NCBI GenBank assembly: GCA_964016885.1
Contig: CAXHJY010000528.1
Location: 6,236 to 70,235 of the forward strand
DNA from: Eledone cirrhosa
Lineage: Eukaryota
Direction of reading: 5' to 3'
Length of the DNA stretch: 64,000 nt
Position 1 is the stretch's first letter. Each line of letters starts with the position of its first letter. Below are positions 1-24,647 of this stretch, one piece after another. Under the pieces are notes generated by a model that was not told the DNA's origin, made no database searches, and saw only the letters and a list, made by a program, of their open reading frames with translations. The position numbers and the translations under genes are program-made.

Positions 1-155
1 TATACAGACACACACACATTCACGCACACACACATATATACATACACAGACACACATATATATATATACAGACACACACAAACATATATATACACACACA
101 CACACATATATGTATAGACATACACACACACATATACACACACACATACATACAT

Positions 156-207
<52 letters not shown>

Positions 208-211
208 GCAT
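1..211. repeat. (CA)n/(TA)n compound microsatellite
   Basis: Pure dinucleotide runs; ORF 20..211 is an artefact. Confidence 0.95.
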
Positions 212-596
212 GCGTGCGTAACAAAACAGATGATAGGGGAAAAAGGAATATGACAGGAAAAAGATGGAGGTGGAGAGATGGAAGTAGGATGATTAATTAC
301 TTTACCAATGAAAATGATGATGATACTCGTGCTTATGGCGAAGATGCAGAATATAATAATGTTGCTGCTGAATAATTATAATGATTATTACACCTTTATA
401 TACACATTTTTTATATACACTTTTATATATATAGCTTTATATATAATTTTATATATTTTTATACATTTTCATTGTTAATTATTTTTGTTAAATTTTTACT
501 CAATATTATTCTACCCCCCCCCCCACACTGTCCCTGTCTTTGTATTGTCCCCTATATGTCGTCCCTTGTGGCCAATAAATGAAACCATAAGAATGG

Positions 597-786
597 GTTC
601 TACTCTAGGCACAAGGCCAGCAATTTTGGGGGAGGGAAAAAGTAAATTAAGTCGACTCCAGTACATTACTGGTACTTTATTTTATCGACCCCGTAAGGAT
701 TTGAACTCAGATCATAAAGGGCCGTAACTCTATGCTGCAAAGCATGGCGTCTGACGCTCTACCGATACTGCCAATCCAACGCCCTA
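597..786 (-). mobile_element. tRNA-derived SINE, family A (internally deleted copy)
   Basis: Reverse complement reads A-box-like TGGCAGTATCGGTAGAG, B-box GAGTTCAAATCC, then GGGGTCGATAAAATAAAGTACCAG and a GCCTTGTGCC..AGTAGAA 3' end, shared with many copies in the window. Confidence 0.85.
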
Positions 787-820
787 AAGGAATCCATAAT
801 ATTAATAATAATTATTATAA

Positions 821-1200
821 GGGCGGTGGTTTGGCTGGATCGGTAGAGCATCAGACAACATGCTTTGCAGCATAGAGTTATGGCCCTTTACGTTCTGGTT
901 TCAACTCACGCGGAAGTTAGCTTTGCCTTTCATCCTAACTGGGGTCGATAAATAAAGTACCAGTAATGAACTGGGGTAATTGCTAGCCTTGTTTCAAAAG
1001 TAGAAACATTGGCAGTGTCGGTAAAGGAACGGGCGCCATGCTTTACGTCATAGTTACATCCCTTTACGATCTGAGTTCAAATCCCGCCAAGGTTAACCTT
1101 GCCCTTGATCCTTAAGGGGTCGATAAATTAAAGTACCAGTAATGTACTGGGTAATTACTGGCCTTGTGTCAAAAGTAGAAATATCATTATTATTATTATA
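821..1200 (+). mobile_element. Two tandem family A SINE copies (821-1007, 1008-1200)
   Basis: Each has a tRNA-like head, a GCCTTTCATCC..GGGGTCGATAAA..AAGTACCAG central domain (resembles the Meta/MESC SINE domain, from memory) and an AAAAGTAGAAA end; the second has an (ATT)n tail. Confidence 0.85.
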
Positions 1201-1431
1201 AGAATGGTTAACGTGATGGAGGGTTTATAACATGTTACTACTACTACTGCTGCTACTACTACTACTGCTACTACTACTACTACTGTTAGTACCACGGCTA
1301 CTGCTACTACTGCTAGCAATAAAGATTGAAAATGATATTGAATTATTAAGACATTAAGTAGATTGCAGTTTGTAAATTTATTCGTAATAAAAAACTTTAT
1401 TGATATCATTAACGAGGTATTGTGATTATAG

Positions 1432-5247
<3,816 letters not shown>

Positions 5248-6135
5248 CAAAGTGTGTTCACATGTCCACTGAGGCACATGCAAATAACGAAGTCAGAGGA
5301 ATTCTTTGATGCCACAACACTACATGAAGAAATGGCAACCATCAACCACATAGACATAACGGAGGAGGATGTGGTGTACGCCATTGATGAAATTAGAACA
5401 GACTCGGCTGCTGGACCTGATGGATTCCCAGCAGTTCTCTTAAAAATATGTAAGCGGGCCTTAGCAACTCCACTGAAGATGCTCTTCAGATGCTCCTTGG
5501 CTAGCGGTGTACTACCCAGGGAGCTGAAAGAAGGCACAATATGCCCTATCCATAAAGGAGGTAGCAGAGCGGAGGCCAAAAACTATAGGCCAGTCTCCCT
5601 GACGTCGCATATCAGTAAGGTCATGGAGCGAGTCGTCAGAAAGAAACTGAAAACTTTCCTTGAGGAAAATGACCGCCTGACTAGCACGCAACATGGCTTC
5701 CGCCCAGAAAGAAGCTGCCTTACACAGCTGCTACATAACTACGACTGGGTACTGAGACAACTACTAGACAGCTCACATGTGGACGTGATATATCTTGACT
5801 TTGCGAAGGCCTTTGACAAGGTCGACCACGGAATGATATGTCACATACTACACGGACTCAGAATAACTGGAAAAGTAGGTGAGTGGCTGCATGGCTTCCT
5901 AAGGGACAGAAGCCAGGCAGTCGCAGCAAATGGGGCCCGCTCAAAGGAAACACAAATAACAAGTGGGGTGCCCCAGAGGACAATCTTGGGACCACTACTT
6001 TTTTGGTGGCTCTCTCAGACATGCCCTCTGTAGTACATACAACAACATCCCTCACTAGCTATGCTGATGACACTAAGGTAGCACAGGCAATCAAAAACCC
6101 GGCTGACGCTGCCCTTTTACAGGATCTGGATATAC
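5248..6135 (+). pseudogene. Non-LTR retrotransposon (CR1/L2-group) ORF2 reverse transcriptase fragment, truncated and frameshifted near 6000
   Basis: Translation [50 protein letters not shown], then second frame ..SYADDTK; canonical LINE RT motifs. Confidence 0.92.
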
Positions 6136-6420
6136 TAATTCTTTATAATTATCTCCAAATTATTTGTTGAGCAAAAATTTGCCAGTTCTACTGCTATGGT
6201 TCATGGTAGTAGTCAGGCTCCTGTCTTATTAGCACCCCACTCCTCACTGATTAACCTCAGTGTCACGTGATTGATTCTTTTGAATTTGCCACCGACCATG
6301 TAGGCAGTGATTTTTTCAATGTCCTGGATTTAGTCCCCGCTCGCTTTTTTCCATCCACTGAATTATTTTTGTATAAGTTCCCTGTGTCCACGCATTGCCT
6401 GGGAACTTAGCTGAGAATAG

Positions 6421-6502
6421 ACTCCCTGATGACGTAAGGATTTTCTCTATGTTCCATTCCGAAACCATGTTTATTCCCTTACAGAAACTAATTAGTTGGA
6501 GT
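6421..6502 (+). ncRNA. Type I hammerhead ribozyme motif (PLE-type) with 51-nt helix II region
   Basis: ACTCC-CTGATGA-cGTAAGG...CCTTACa-GAAAC-TAATTA-GTT-GGAGT: perfect 5-bp stem I, 6-bp stem II, palindromic stem III, GUU triplet; the element runs on to (TA)n at 6555. Confidence 0.85.
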
Positions 6503-6569
6503 AAAATTTTAGTAAGTAAGTTGATTTTCATTATTTTCTTATTTTACGTCTTTCATATATATATATAAG

Positions 6570-6679
6570 ATACGTTATTCCGGGTCGAATCGGAGGTAAC
6601 CACAGTAAGTAAGGTACTCAATACATAGCAGAGTATAAAATGATTTCTCACGAATGAAACAATTGTAGTCCTGTAGAAG

Positions 6680-6683
<4 letters not shown>
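6570..6683. mobile_element. Collapsed fold-back PLE mini-element (29.8/40.6-kb family)
   Basis: Tail in minus orientation (matches 40680-40746) fused to a plus-strand arm ATGATTTCTCACGAATGAAACAATTGTAGTCCTGTAGAAG; TA tracts on both sides. Confidence 0.7.
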
Positions 6684-6733
<50 letters not shown>

Positions 6734-6863
6734 TATGTATATAAATGAAAGGTATAGAAAATATTGTCGCAAAAAGAAAACAGTTTTCCATAATATATAA
6801 GTGACTATTACGTCAAAATGGAAAAATAGTTAACATAAGATACGGGAAACATAATTCAAACTC

Positions 6864-6898
<35 letters not shown>

Positions 6899-7240
6899 TA
6901 CACACAAAACAATGGAATTAAATGATATTGTCAATATGCTAATAAATTCCAAATATTTGTTAAGAAAAATCAATTCTATGCAATATATGATGTTTATGTA
7001 AGGAGAGTAAATAAATTTAGCAAAACATTTACTTTTCAGATCAGAATCCTGTTAATTTTATACATAATTATAACATATTCCATATATAATTCTACCAGAT
7101 ATCTATTGAGTACTTTCGTATTTTTTAACGAAGAAATACATTCAAACCAAACGGGTGAAGGTTTCAAAAATATTTCTTGTCAGTTTCCTTGCCGCTTTAG
7201 TTTGGATTACCTCGAGGACTTAATCGTATTACATAATTTC

Positions 7241-7313
7241 GTGTCTGATGAGATCACGGCACTGATTGCGTGAAATCACGTGGCTACTGTCGTCATTGAA
7301 ATATGTATCAGAG
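7241..7313 (+). ncRNA. Degenerate hammerhead motif
   Basis: CTGATGA(7245)-GATCACGGCA...TGTCGTCATT-GAAA-TATGT-ATC; stem II plausible, stem I poor. Confidence 0.5.
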
Positions 7314-7375
7314 CCTTATCAATCAAGGACTTTTTAGCATCTACAACAACTTCGAATTCTCTCTCTCTCTCTCTC

Positions 7376-7412
<37 letters not shown>

Positions 7413-7416
<4 letters not shown>

Positions 7417-7530
7417 CAAGGAAACAACAAAAAGACGTACATAGTCTTATTAATTTCAAGATTTATATGGAAAAGGGGAAAGAAAGTTTGACATGTCGGG
7501 CTTTAGCCCTTCTTCAGGATTACAAAAATA
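7413..7530 (-). mobile_element. PLE pseudo-LTR 3' remnant with decayed hammerhead
   Basis: Minus strand CCTGAAGAA-GGGC-TAAA-GCCC-GA(aa deleted)CATGTC at 7489-7518, followed by an AT-rich tail ending in (TA)n. Confidence 0.6.
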
Positions 7531-7612
7531 GAGACAGGATCACAGCATCATACATAATATAAAGTTAGTCCGAACATGAAGAGAGTAAACAAGACAAACC
7601 TTTAGGTGACAC

Positions 7613-7975
<363 letters not shown>

Positions 7976-8214
7976 CGCATATATAGGAAAATAGTCAGGA
8001 CCCCGACGGCTGAGGTCCGGCCGTTTCGCCAGCTAGATCTGAACTGAGAGAGAGAAAAGAGAGAGAGAGAGAGAGAGAAGAGCGAAGAGATGTTAGAGAA
8101 AAGAGAGGGGAGAGAGAGGAGAGGAACATTATTAAGATACCAACCAAATAGGGAAAGCAGATTATACACCATTACGTTAAATAGTGGGAGAAACGATTTC
8201 GTATGGGTAAAGAA

Positions 8215-8571
8215 TTATATATAGGCTTGGGCCCCGTGCTATCCGCCCACGACAAAAATCACTCCCATCTCATAATAACGACACAGTTATTTCACCTGAA
8301 TTGGCCCCGGTCGCTTTAATATTACACCAAAATATTAAAAGGGAAACAGATCCCATAAAAGTTAGAGAGTTCTTTGGACAGATTCCTTCAAGAAATCCCA
8401 GATAAACCTCCTATTCCCGGATATGCCTTCGTAAACAATAAGTTTCTACTTGAGTGGGCCATGGTGCCCAAAATCTTGATTTGAAAGACCTCGCCACGTA
8501 GTGATATTAAGTTAGACAAGGCCTGGGCCAATACTGGCCGAAACCTATCAAAGGTTATCAAAGTTAAAGTT
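8215..8571 (+). mobile_element. Degenerate 3' end of a CR1-group LINE
   Basis: 8374-8427 translates LDRFLQEIPDKPPIPGYA, a typical ORF2 C-terminus; ends CCGAAACC followed by ATCAAAG(G)TT repeats. Confidence 0.65.
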
Positions 8572-8645
8572 ATATATTCTTCTAAAGAGTCTCAAGCCAG
8601 GAGGCCCATAAAACCAGTGCTTGTTCCGGGAGCGAATAGAGGAAG

Positions 8646-8812
8646 GAACGGTAACCACTTTTGATTGAGAAAAAACACGTGTGGATTCAGTCACTACTAA
8701 TATAAGGTTTGTTTAGAAACGATCAACCTCAGGAATGGTAAACACTTTTGAGAAAAAACACGTGTGGATTCAGTCACTAGTAATATAAGGTTTGTTTAGA
8801 AACGATCAACCT
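8646..8812. repeat. ~85-bp tandem duplication
   Basis: GAGAAAAAACACGTGTGGATTCAGTCACTA.TAATATAAGGTTTGTTTAGAAACGATCAACCT occurs twice. Confidence 0.85.
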
Positions 8813-9681
8813 ATAATACCCAGCCATATGAACAGTCATCAACAAGTAAGATTTATTGAATAACTAATTAAGTCTTTTAGCGAATTTAAAATGTTATCCA
8901 TTGTTACAGCGCGTATGTGATTAAGTGTGTGTTCATATATCAAATTTAACTAACATATTTGCAATCTTGCAAATATAAACGCTATATAAATCATCACGAC
9001 AAATATCACCTCACATATACATATTTTACATACACAACCATCACGTAAACAAATAGTCATTAATTTTGGTAGTGGTATTTTGTATTTCCCTTGAAATAAA
9101 TTATTTTTCAATAATGAAACATCATACTAAAACAAGGCATTTAAATAAAGTGGTTCTAAAGTGGTTCTGAAAAACAAAGCAAAAAAAAAAAAGCTCAAAA
9201 AAAAGCAACAGAAAATCTACGAATTATAAATGCGTCATTAGAAACAATAAAAGATGAATATTTATTCTTTAAAGACTGTTTAGCTTAAATGTAGCTTCCA
9301 TCATCAGCAGGTTGCTTTAAATGTAATGCATATATAATAAAAATAAACAAACACGGGTGTAAACCTTTTAATAGCATCAAAGTAAAACAAAGTATTTTAC
9401 TGCTGATCGACTCATCACCTTTATGGCAGTAAATATAGTAATGAAAGCATACAAGTGGATAAAGACAAAGTTTTTTTTTATCCAATATAACAGGAATAAT
9501 ATTAAATGTTAGTTTGATAAATAACTAGGTAAAAAGTACATATATATTGATGTTAGTTTATTAAATATCACAATATATACATTAGTCCTCTGGGGCAAGG
9601 TCTCCTCCAGCTTGTCGGGCGGGACCACGAAACGGACTATCCCTTACGTCTCATTTATACCGGATATGTGAAATAGATTTA

Positions 9682-10270
9682 CCGTATATACTAATATAAG
9701 CTGATCCGAATATAAGTCGACTAATTTATTATGTCTGAGAAATAAGCAGAAATTCAAACTCCATTTATAAACCGAAGAACCTAATCAACTTGTTTAGGTG
9801 GCTTATATAAATAAAGCCCCCCATTTTACCATCGAGTTGCTTTATGAGATTCGCCATCTTATATAAAGATTTACCGTATATACAGGAATATAGGTCATCC
9901 GAATATAAATCGGCTACTATTTATGTCTGAGAAATTCGCAGAAATTCAAGCCCCAATTATAAACCGAAGCACCTAATCAACACGTTTAAATGGCCTATAT
10001 AACTAGAGCCCTCCATTTTACCATCGATTTTTTCTGGGACATACGTCACCTTATATTCGAGTATATACGGTAAATCTATATATAAGGTAATCCAAATATA
10101 ATTCGACTACTATATCATGTCTGAGAAACGGGCAGAAATCCAAACCCCGTTTATAAGCCGAAACACCTGATCAATAATTATTTAGATGGCGTATATAAGA
10201 CGAGCCGCCACTCCAATTTTTCCATTGATTATTTGGTCACATTCGTCGATTTATATTCTCGTATATACGG
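9682..10270. mobile_element. Tc1/mariner-superfamily (Tc2/pogo-like) MITE, head-to-tail trimer of ~195-bp units
   Basis: Middle unit 9874-10070 has TIRs CCGTATATAC..GAATATA / TATATTCGAGTATATACGG flanked by TA; outer units have the same body and one TIR each. Confidence 0.75.
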
Positions 10271-10344
10271 TACTTCCATAAGCATGATTAGGTAAACATT
10301 CTGAAACTTTAATCTTTAAATACTACTAGATATGTATATATTGC

Positions 10345-10722
10345 AAGGTCTTTGAACAAGACACTTTTGTTCATATTAATCCAGTCGAATCACCTCGGAA
10401 AAATTAGTTGTACTAGCTTTGACATACTGTATATTCAAAGGGCCAGCCTTTTACGTTCAGTGTCACGTTGAATCTCCCTGAGGACTGCGTTAAGGGTACA
10501 TGTGTCTGTGGTATGCTCAGCCACTTGCACTATACTACAAGATGGAGTGTATCTATAATTTTAAGGGATAGCATTGTCACATTCTGTCAAGCTAAATCTC
10601 CTAGAGGACTAAGTTAAGGTTATGGATGTCTGTGGAATGCTCAGCCACTTGCACGTTAATTTCTCAAGCAGGCTGTTCCGTTGATCGGGTCAATGTGAAC
10701 ATTCGTCGTCATAACCGTCATA
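10345..10722 (+). mobile_element. CORE-type SINE (family B), degenerate with internal duplication
   Basis: CTTTGAACAAGACACTT core-like segment; TGTCTGTGG..TGCTCAGCCACTTGCAC occurs twice; homologous to 27633-27931. Confidence 0.65.
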
Positions 10723-10937
10723 CCAGTTATATTAGTTTAACAAAAAAAATTTTAAAGTTTGTAAACCTACCCCATGTAGTTTCAGTCAAAATCATGAAGG
10801 AAATAGTTTCACTGATCCAGTATACCTGAGTTTGAAGAAAAAATATTTAAAATTATTATTTAAGGTTAGTCAGTCATGAAAATTGAAATACTGTACGAAA
10901 ACAGATGTAAAACACATTTACTATGATTGCCGGTAAA

Positions 10938-11150
10938 TAAAATATTGTTAAACTTTCGGAGGGTCATGCTGCCCATAAAATACACATCCAACTTCAATTT
11001 ATTACAAATTTCGGGTTGGTTGGTTCAATAACCGGATGGTTGTTTATTTATTGTCAAAAGTGTCACACATTTTGTGACCTCTTCAGTGACTGGTTTGTTA
11101 ATTTGTGTCTCATTTGTTCTCTCCTACACAGTCATGTTTTTGTGTGTTCA
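10938..11150 (-). mobile_element. Old diverged pseudo-LTR fragment related to the 49-53 kb PLE
   Basis: TATTGTTAAACTTTCGGAGGGTCATG..GGTTGGTTGGTTC..GTGACCTCTTCAGTGACTGG is colinear with 49487-49692; the GAAA half of the ribozyme is lost. Confidence 0.75.
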
Positions 11151-11207
11151 ATAGAAAATTTTAGTTCACATCAAAGTCTCACCAAGAATATAAATATTTC
11201 TTAAGAC

Positions 11208-11605
11208 GTGTGTTGTGTTCTTGTGCAAAACACTTCACTTCACATTGCTCCTATGATAATGAGAACCGGTAATAACTGGCGGGGTTAAACCTAAGATAGA
11301 CTAGTGCCCTGTCCTGTGGAGAGTCTAGTGTGGAATAGTTGTAAGTGTGTTGGATTTACGATAATCATGTCTTGGGTTTAATTCCTGGACTGTGCGTTGG
11401 GTTCTTGAGCAAAACACTTCATTTCACCTTACTCCAGTATACTCAGCTGCAAATGAGTAGCTGCAGTAAATGAAGGGATTTAACCCTGCGATGGACTAGT
11501 GTCATGTCCTGGGGAAGTGCTGTCCTCTCAGTTATTTCACGCCACAGATAATGGAATAACCACCAGCTTTCTTAGCCATAGGGCTTGAGACAGACATTAG
11601 ACATT
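11208..11605 (+). mobile_element. Two SINE copies with CORE-like and V-like domains (family C)
   Basis: TTCTTGAGCAAAACACTTCATTTCAC..CTCCAG..CTCAGCTG..AAATGAGTA plus AACCCTGCGATGGACTAG; the 3' part matches 37082-37191 inverted. Confidence 0.65.
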
Positions 11606-11682
11606 TTACAATATATATATTTTTACTAATATATACTGAAGCCCGCTGATATATGACTACGTACGCTCATATCTATGTATTT

Positions 11683-11739
<57 letters not shown>

Positions 11740-11926
11740 TAGTTTCGAATGAATGCATACATTTTCCGATGATTTGAGTATTAAATTCTCTTGTCTGTAA
11801 AGCCATAAGAATATATACGATGGTGTAAATCTATATGTATGTACGTACTCATATGTATGTGTGTGTATATATTCATGCATATAAGTGTGTGTGTGTGTGT
11901 GTGAATATATATATTCATACATACAA

Positions 11927-11989
<63 letters not shown>

Positions 11990-12164
11990 CATTCACGATT
12001 CATTATGTATACGTGAGCTAACATGTATAAGTGAGTGAAATACGAACTTGCAGAGTCGTCAGGTCATCAGATAGATAGCTTTGCTGTATTCATTCTGGCT
12101 ATTATTGAATATTTCACTGCTCCTCTATATTTCTATATCTCACCCTTCATCACTCGAAGACATA

Positions 12165-12255
12165 CATTGTGTTAGGAACTGGGAATGGATGGGATCTGGC
12201 AGGTTAAAGATGCCTAAGGCCCTGCTGCTACGACTGTATCGGGAACTACGGGTTA
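12165..12255 (+). pseudogene. Possible small fragment of an R4/Dong-like LINE ORF
   Basis: Translates NWEWMGSGRLKMPKALL, resembling the W.W...G.LK..EAL segment of RLE LINEs; short and weak. Confidence 0.3.
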
Positions 12256-12289
12256 ATATATCCACAAATAAATATTCATACTTTATGAT

Positions 12290-12324
<35 letters not shown>

Positions 12325-13039
12325 GCATACATATAAGTCCACATATATATAGGCCCACACATACATATATACATACACACACACACATACATAAACACTC
12401 AAATAAACACTCAAATAAACACTCAATCATATATATATATATATATATATAAACACACTCGTGTATAAACACATATACAAACATATATACATAAACACAC
12501 ACAAACACACACATATATATATATAGATATATATATATATATATACATAAACACACACACATATATATATATTGAGTATATATATATACACGCACCTGTA
12601 CATATGTGTATATATAATTGTATATATTTATAAAGAAATATACGTATTTGTATGAACATATATATATATATATAAACATATACACATGTATATATATATA
12701 TATACGTGTATGTGTGTGTATTCGTATAAACATACATATGCATATATACACATATGCATATATAAACATGTACCTCTTTCGTCGTTCATTATCCATTTTT
12801 TTATGAGTTTTTCGCAAGTCTATAGTGTTTTATATAATTAATATTCTTCTCTTCAAATTAAATGAACCTTGTTATCAACAACATTTTTTTATAAGCCTCC
12901 ATTCTTTCAGGTGAAACTAATTTTCTAAATTGAAGCGCTAAGTGTGTTTTATTGTATTCTGTTAATTGTTTCATAGTTCTAGGTTAATTGAGTGGCCACA
13001 CACATACACTGTGTATATATGTGTGTATATATATATATA

Positions 13040-20660
<7,621 letters not shown>

Positions 20661-20720
20661 ATGTATATATATATATACATATATATATATATACATATAC
20701 ATACATACATATATATATAC

Positions 20721-20753
<33 letters not shown>

Positions 20754-21143
20754 CATACATATATATATATACATACATATATATATACATACATATATAT
20801 ATACATACATATATATATATACATACATATATATATATATACATACATATATATATATACATACATATATATATATATACATACATATATATATATATAT
20901 ATATACATACATATATATATATATACATACATATATATATATATACATACATATATATATATATACATACATATATATATACATACATATATATATACAT
21001 ACATATATATATATACATACATATATATATATACATACATATATATATATACATACATATATATATATACATACATATATATATATACATATATATATAT
21101 GCATACATATATATATACATACATATATATATATATGCATACA

Positions 21144-21175
<32 letters not shown>

Positions 21176-21304
21176 CATACATATATATATATACATACAT
21201 ATATATATATATACATACATATATATATACATACATATATACATACATATATACATATACATACATATATACATATACATACATATACATACATATATAC
21301 ATAT

Positions 21305-21335
<31 letters not shown>

Positions 21336-21348
21336 CATACATACATAC
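20661..21348. repeat. (TA)n-CATACA / (TACA)n microsatellite
   Basis: Direct reading. Confidence 0.95.
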
Positions 21349-21775
21349 ACAACCGGCCTGATATTGTAGTTTGGGACCACACATTGAAAACGTGTTCTGT
21401 TGTGGAGATCAGCTGCCCACTTGATGTAAACGTTGTCAGAAAAATACAGGAGAAGGAGGACATCTACGGACCATTGATGAGGAGTTTACAAATCCAGTAT
21501 CCAAGATACACCTTTAGCTTCATACCCATCATAATTGGGGCTACGGGTTATATACCAACCCGCTTGGACCAAAGTATGACTGAACTTGGATTTGTGGACA
21601 AAAAGCGCAGCTCCCTAATTCATAGTCTACAAATGGCTGCGATAGCTGGCACCTTCAAAATTTGCAAAAGATTCTTGCGATTCAAGGGATGACAATTTCT
21701 TTTCTTTTACAACCTTGCCACCAGGAAGGTGGCCGGTCAAAAAATATACTCGAAATTAAGAGAAAGAGAAAAATA
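21349..21775 (+). mobile_element. 5'-truncated RLE-type LINE (R4/Dong-like): endonuclease domain (stop 21692) plus 3' UTR
   Basis: [38 protein letters not shown]: PD-(D/E)xK restriction-like endonuclease signature; uninterrupted frame; inserted in TACA repeats. Confidence 0.88.
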
Positions 21776-22022
21776 TACATACATATATACATACATATAT
21801 ACATACATACATATATACATAAATATATACTTACATACATATATACATACATATATATACATACATACATACATATATATATACATACATATATACATAC
21901 GTACATATATATATACATACATACATATATATATACATACGTACATATATATATACATACGTACATATATATATACATACGTACATATATATATACATAC
22001 GTACATATATATATACATACGT

Positions 22023-22946
22023 GGTGGCTGCCAACTCGTTTTCGAGTACGGCCACTACTTTATATCCATGTAGGATAACCCCTACCGAAGCGCTGAACGA
22101 GTGTGACTTTTTAGTCCAGCCAGCGACTTGAAACCTCTGGTACAAACACTACACTTGTGACAATTATTGACACATAGTGCTGGGCCCATGGTACCATGTG
22201 AGGACAAGTGCAGGGAGATCTCCAGATATAAAGCAATGCCTGTGCCGTGAAGCTTTTATAGTGAGCAAAGGCACTGCACAAAGCCAGTCCCACTCTCTTA
22301 ACCAAGATGATATTTACCAAAAAGAAGAACAAGTCAACATCATTGGATACCATCAGGGTTGCAGGTGTTATATCAGAGTTTTCCTTCTCCAACAATGCCT
22401 GTGCCGTGAAGCTTTTATAGTGAGCAAAGGCAATGCACAAAGCCAGTCCCACTCTCTTAACCAAGATGATATTTACCAAAAAGAAGAACAAGTCAACATC
22501 ATTGGATACCATCAGGGTTGCAGGTGTTATATCAGAGTTGTCCTTCTCCAACAATGCCTGTGCCGTGAAGCTTTTATAGTGAGCAAAGGCAATGCACAAA
22601 GCCAGTCCCACTCTCTTAACCAAGATGATATTTACCAAAAAGAAGAACAAGTCAACATCATTGGATACCATCAGGGTTGCAGGTGTTATATCAGAGTTGT
22701 CCTTCTCCAAGAATTCTGCCTTGACAAAGGCTAAGGGGTCATCTCTCCTGGTGATTTTGGATGGCCACTGACTCTTAAGAGCTCCTTTGCCCTTTGACAG
22801 GTTTTGTTTTTAGTCCTGCATGATGTCCAAAGTCACCCTCCTCACAAGAAACCTTGGTGGGGTTGCCAGTTTAGTCGCCAACGACCCGACCATGAGAGAG
22901 GTTGTACTGAGATACATGTTACCAGTAGCACCAACTGCTGACCTGA
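22023..22946 (-). mobile_element. RTE-derived non-autonomous element, full-length with 3x 159-bp internal module
   Basis: Minus-strand 3' part encodes the C2H2 finger [21 protein letters not shown] and ends in hairpin GTGGCCG.ACTCG-AAAA-CGAGT..CAGCCAC before an (ATGT)-type tail; module starts at 22234, 22393, 22552. Confidence 0.75.
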
Positions 22947-23097
22947 CATATGTATACATACATATATATATACATATATATATTCATACATACATATATA
23001 TATATTCATACATACATATATATATACATATATATATTCATACATACATATATATATACATATATATATTCATACATACATATATATATACATACAT

Positions 23098-23682
23098 ACA
23101 AGTGCAGAGAGATCTCCAGATATAAAGCAATACCTGTGCCGTGAAGCTTTTATAGTGAGCAAAAGTACTGCACATAGCCAGTCCCACTCTCTTAACCATG
23201 ATGATATTTACCAAAAAGAAGAACAAGTCAACATCATAGGATACCATCAGGGTTGCAGGTGTTATATCAGAGTTGTCCTTCTCCAACAATGCCTGTGCCG
23301 TGAAGCTTTTATAGTGAGCAAAGGCAATGCACAAAGCCAGTCCCACTCTCTTAACCAAGATGATATTTACCAAAAAGAAGAACAAGTCAACATCATTGGA
23401 TACCATCAGGGTTGCAGGTGTTATATCAGAGTTGTCCTTCTCCAAGAATTCTGCCTTGACAAAGGCTAAGGGGTCATCTCTCCTGGTGATTTTGGATGGC
23501 CACTGACTCTTAAGAGCTCCTTTGCCCTTTGACAGGTTTTGTTTTTAGTCCTGCATGATGTCCAAAGTCACCCTCCTCACCAAGAAACCTTGGTGGGGTT
23601 GCCAGTTTAGTCGCCAACGACCCGACCATGAGAGAGGTTGTACTGAGATACATGTTACCAGTAGCACCAACTGCTGACCTGA
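23098..23682 (-). mobile_element. Second copy of the RTE-derived element (2x module, 3' end missing)
   Basis: Near-identical to 22.2-22.9 kb, including the adjacent microsatellite (736-bp offset). Confidence 0.8.
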
Positions 23683-23806
23683 CATATGTATACATACATA
23701 TATATATACATATATATATTCATACATACATATATATATATTCATACATACATATATATATACATATATATATTCATACATACATATATATATACATATA
23801 TATATT

Positions 23807-23840
<34 letters not shown>

Positions 23841-24647
23841 TACATACATATATATATATATACATACATATATATATATATACATACATATATATATATT
23901 CATATACATATATATATATTCATACATACATATATATATATACATACATATATATATATACATACATATATATATATACATACATATATATATATATACA
24001 TACATATATATATACATACATACATATATATATACATACATACATATATATATACATACATACATATATATATACATACATACATATATATATACATACA
24101 TACATATATATATACATACATACATATATATATACATACATACATATATATATACATACATACATATATATATACATACATATATATATATATATATATA
24201 CATACATATATATATATACATACATATATATATACATACATATATATATACATATATATATACATACATATATATATACATACATATATATATACATACA
24301 TATATATATACATACATATATATATACATACATATATATATACATACATATATATATACATACATATATATATATATACATATATATATACATACATATA
24401 TATATATATACATATATATATACATACATATATATATATACATACATATATATATACATACATATATATATACATACATATATATATATATACATATATA
24501 TATACATACATATATATATATATACATATATATATACACATATATATACACACATATATATACACATATATATATATATACGTAGATATATATACATATA
24601 TATACCTAGATATATATATATATATATATATACCTAGATATATATAT
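23683..24647. repeat. (TACA/TA)n compound microsatellite
   Basis: Direct reading. Confidence 0.95.

Noticed and set aside
597-1200. tRNA genes
   Set aside because: A/B-box-like heads continue into shared SINE bodies and tails; no cloverleaf.
22111-22734. Host repeat protein with 53-aa units
   Set aside because: Lies wholly within a five-copy interspersed element; no splice or start context; openness follows from the 159-bp duplication.
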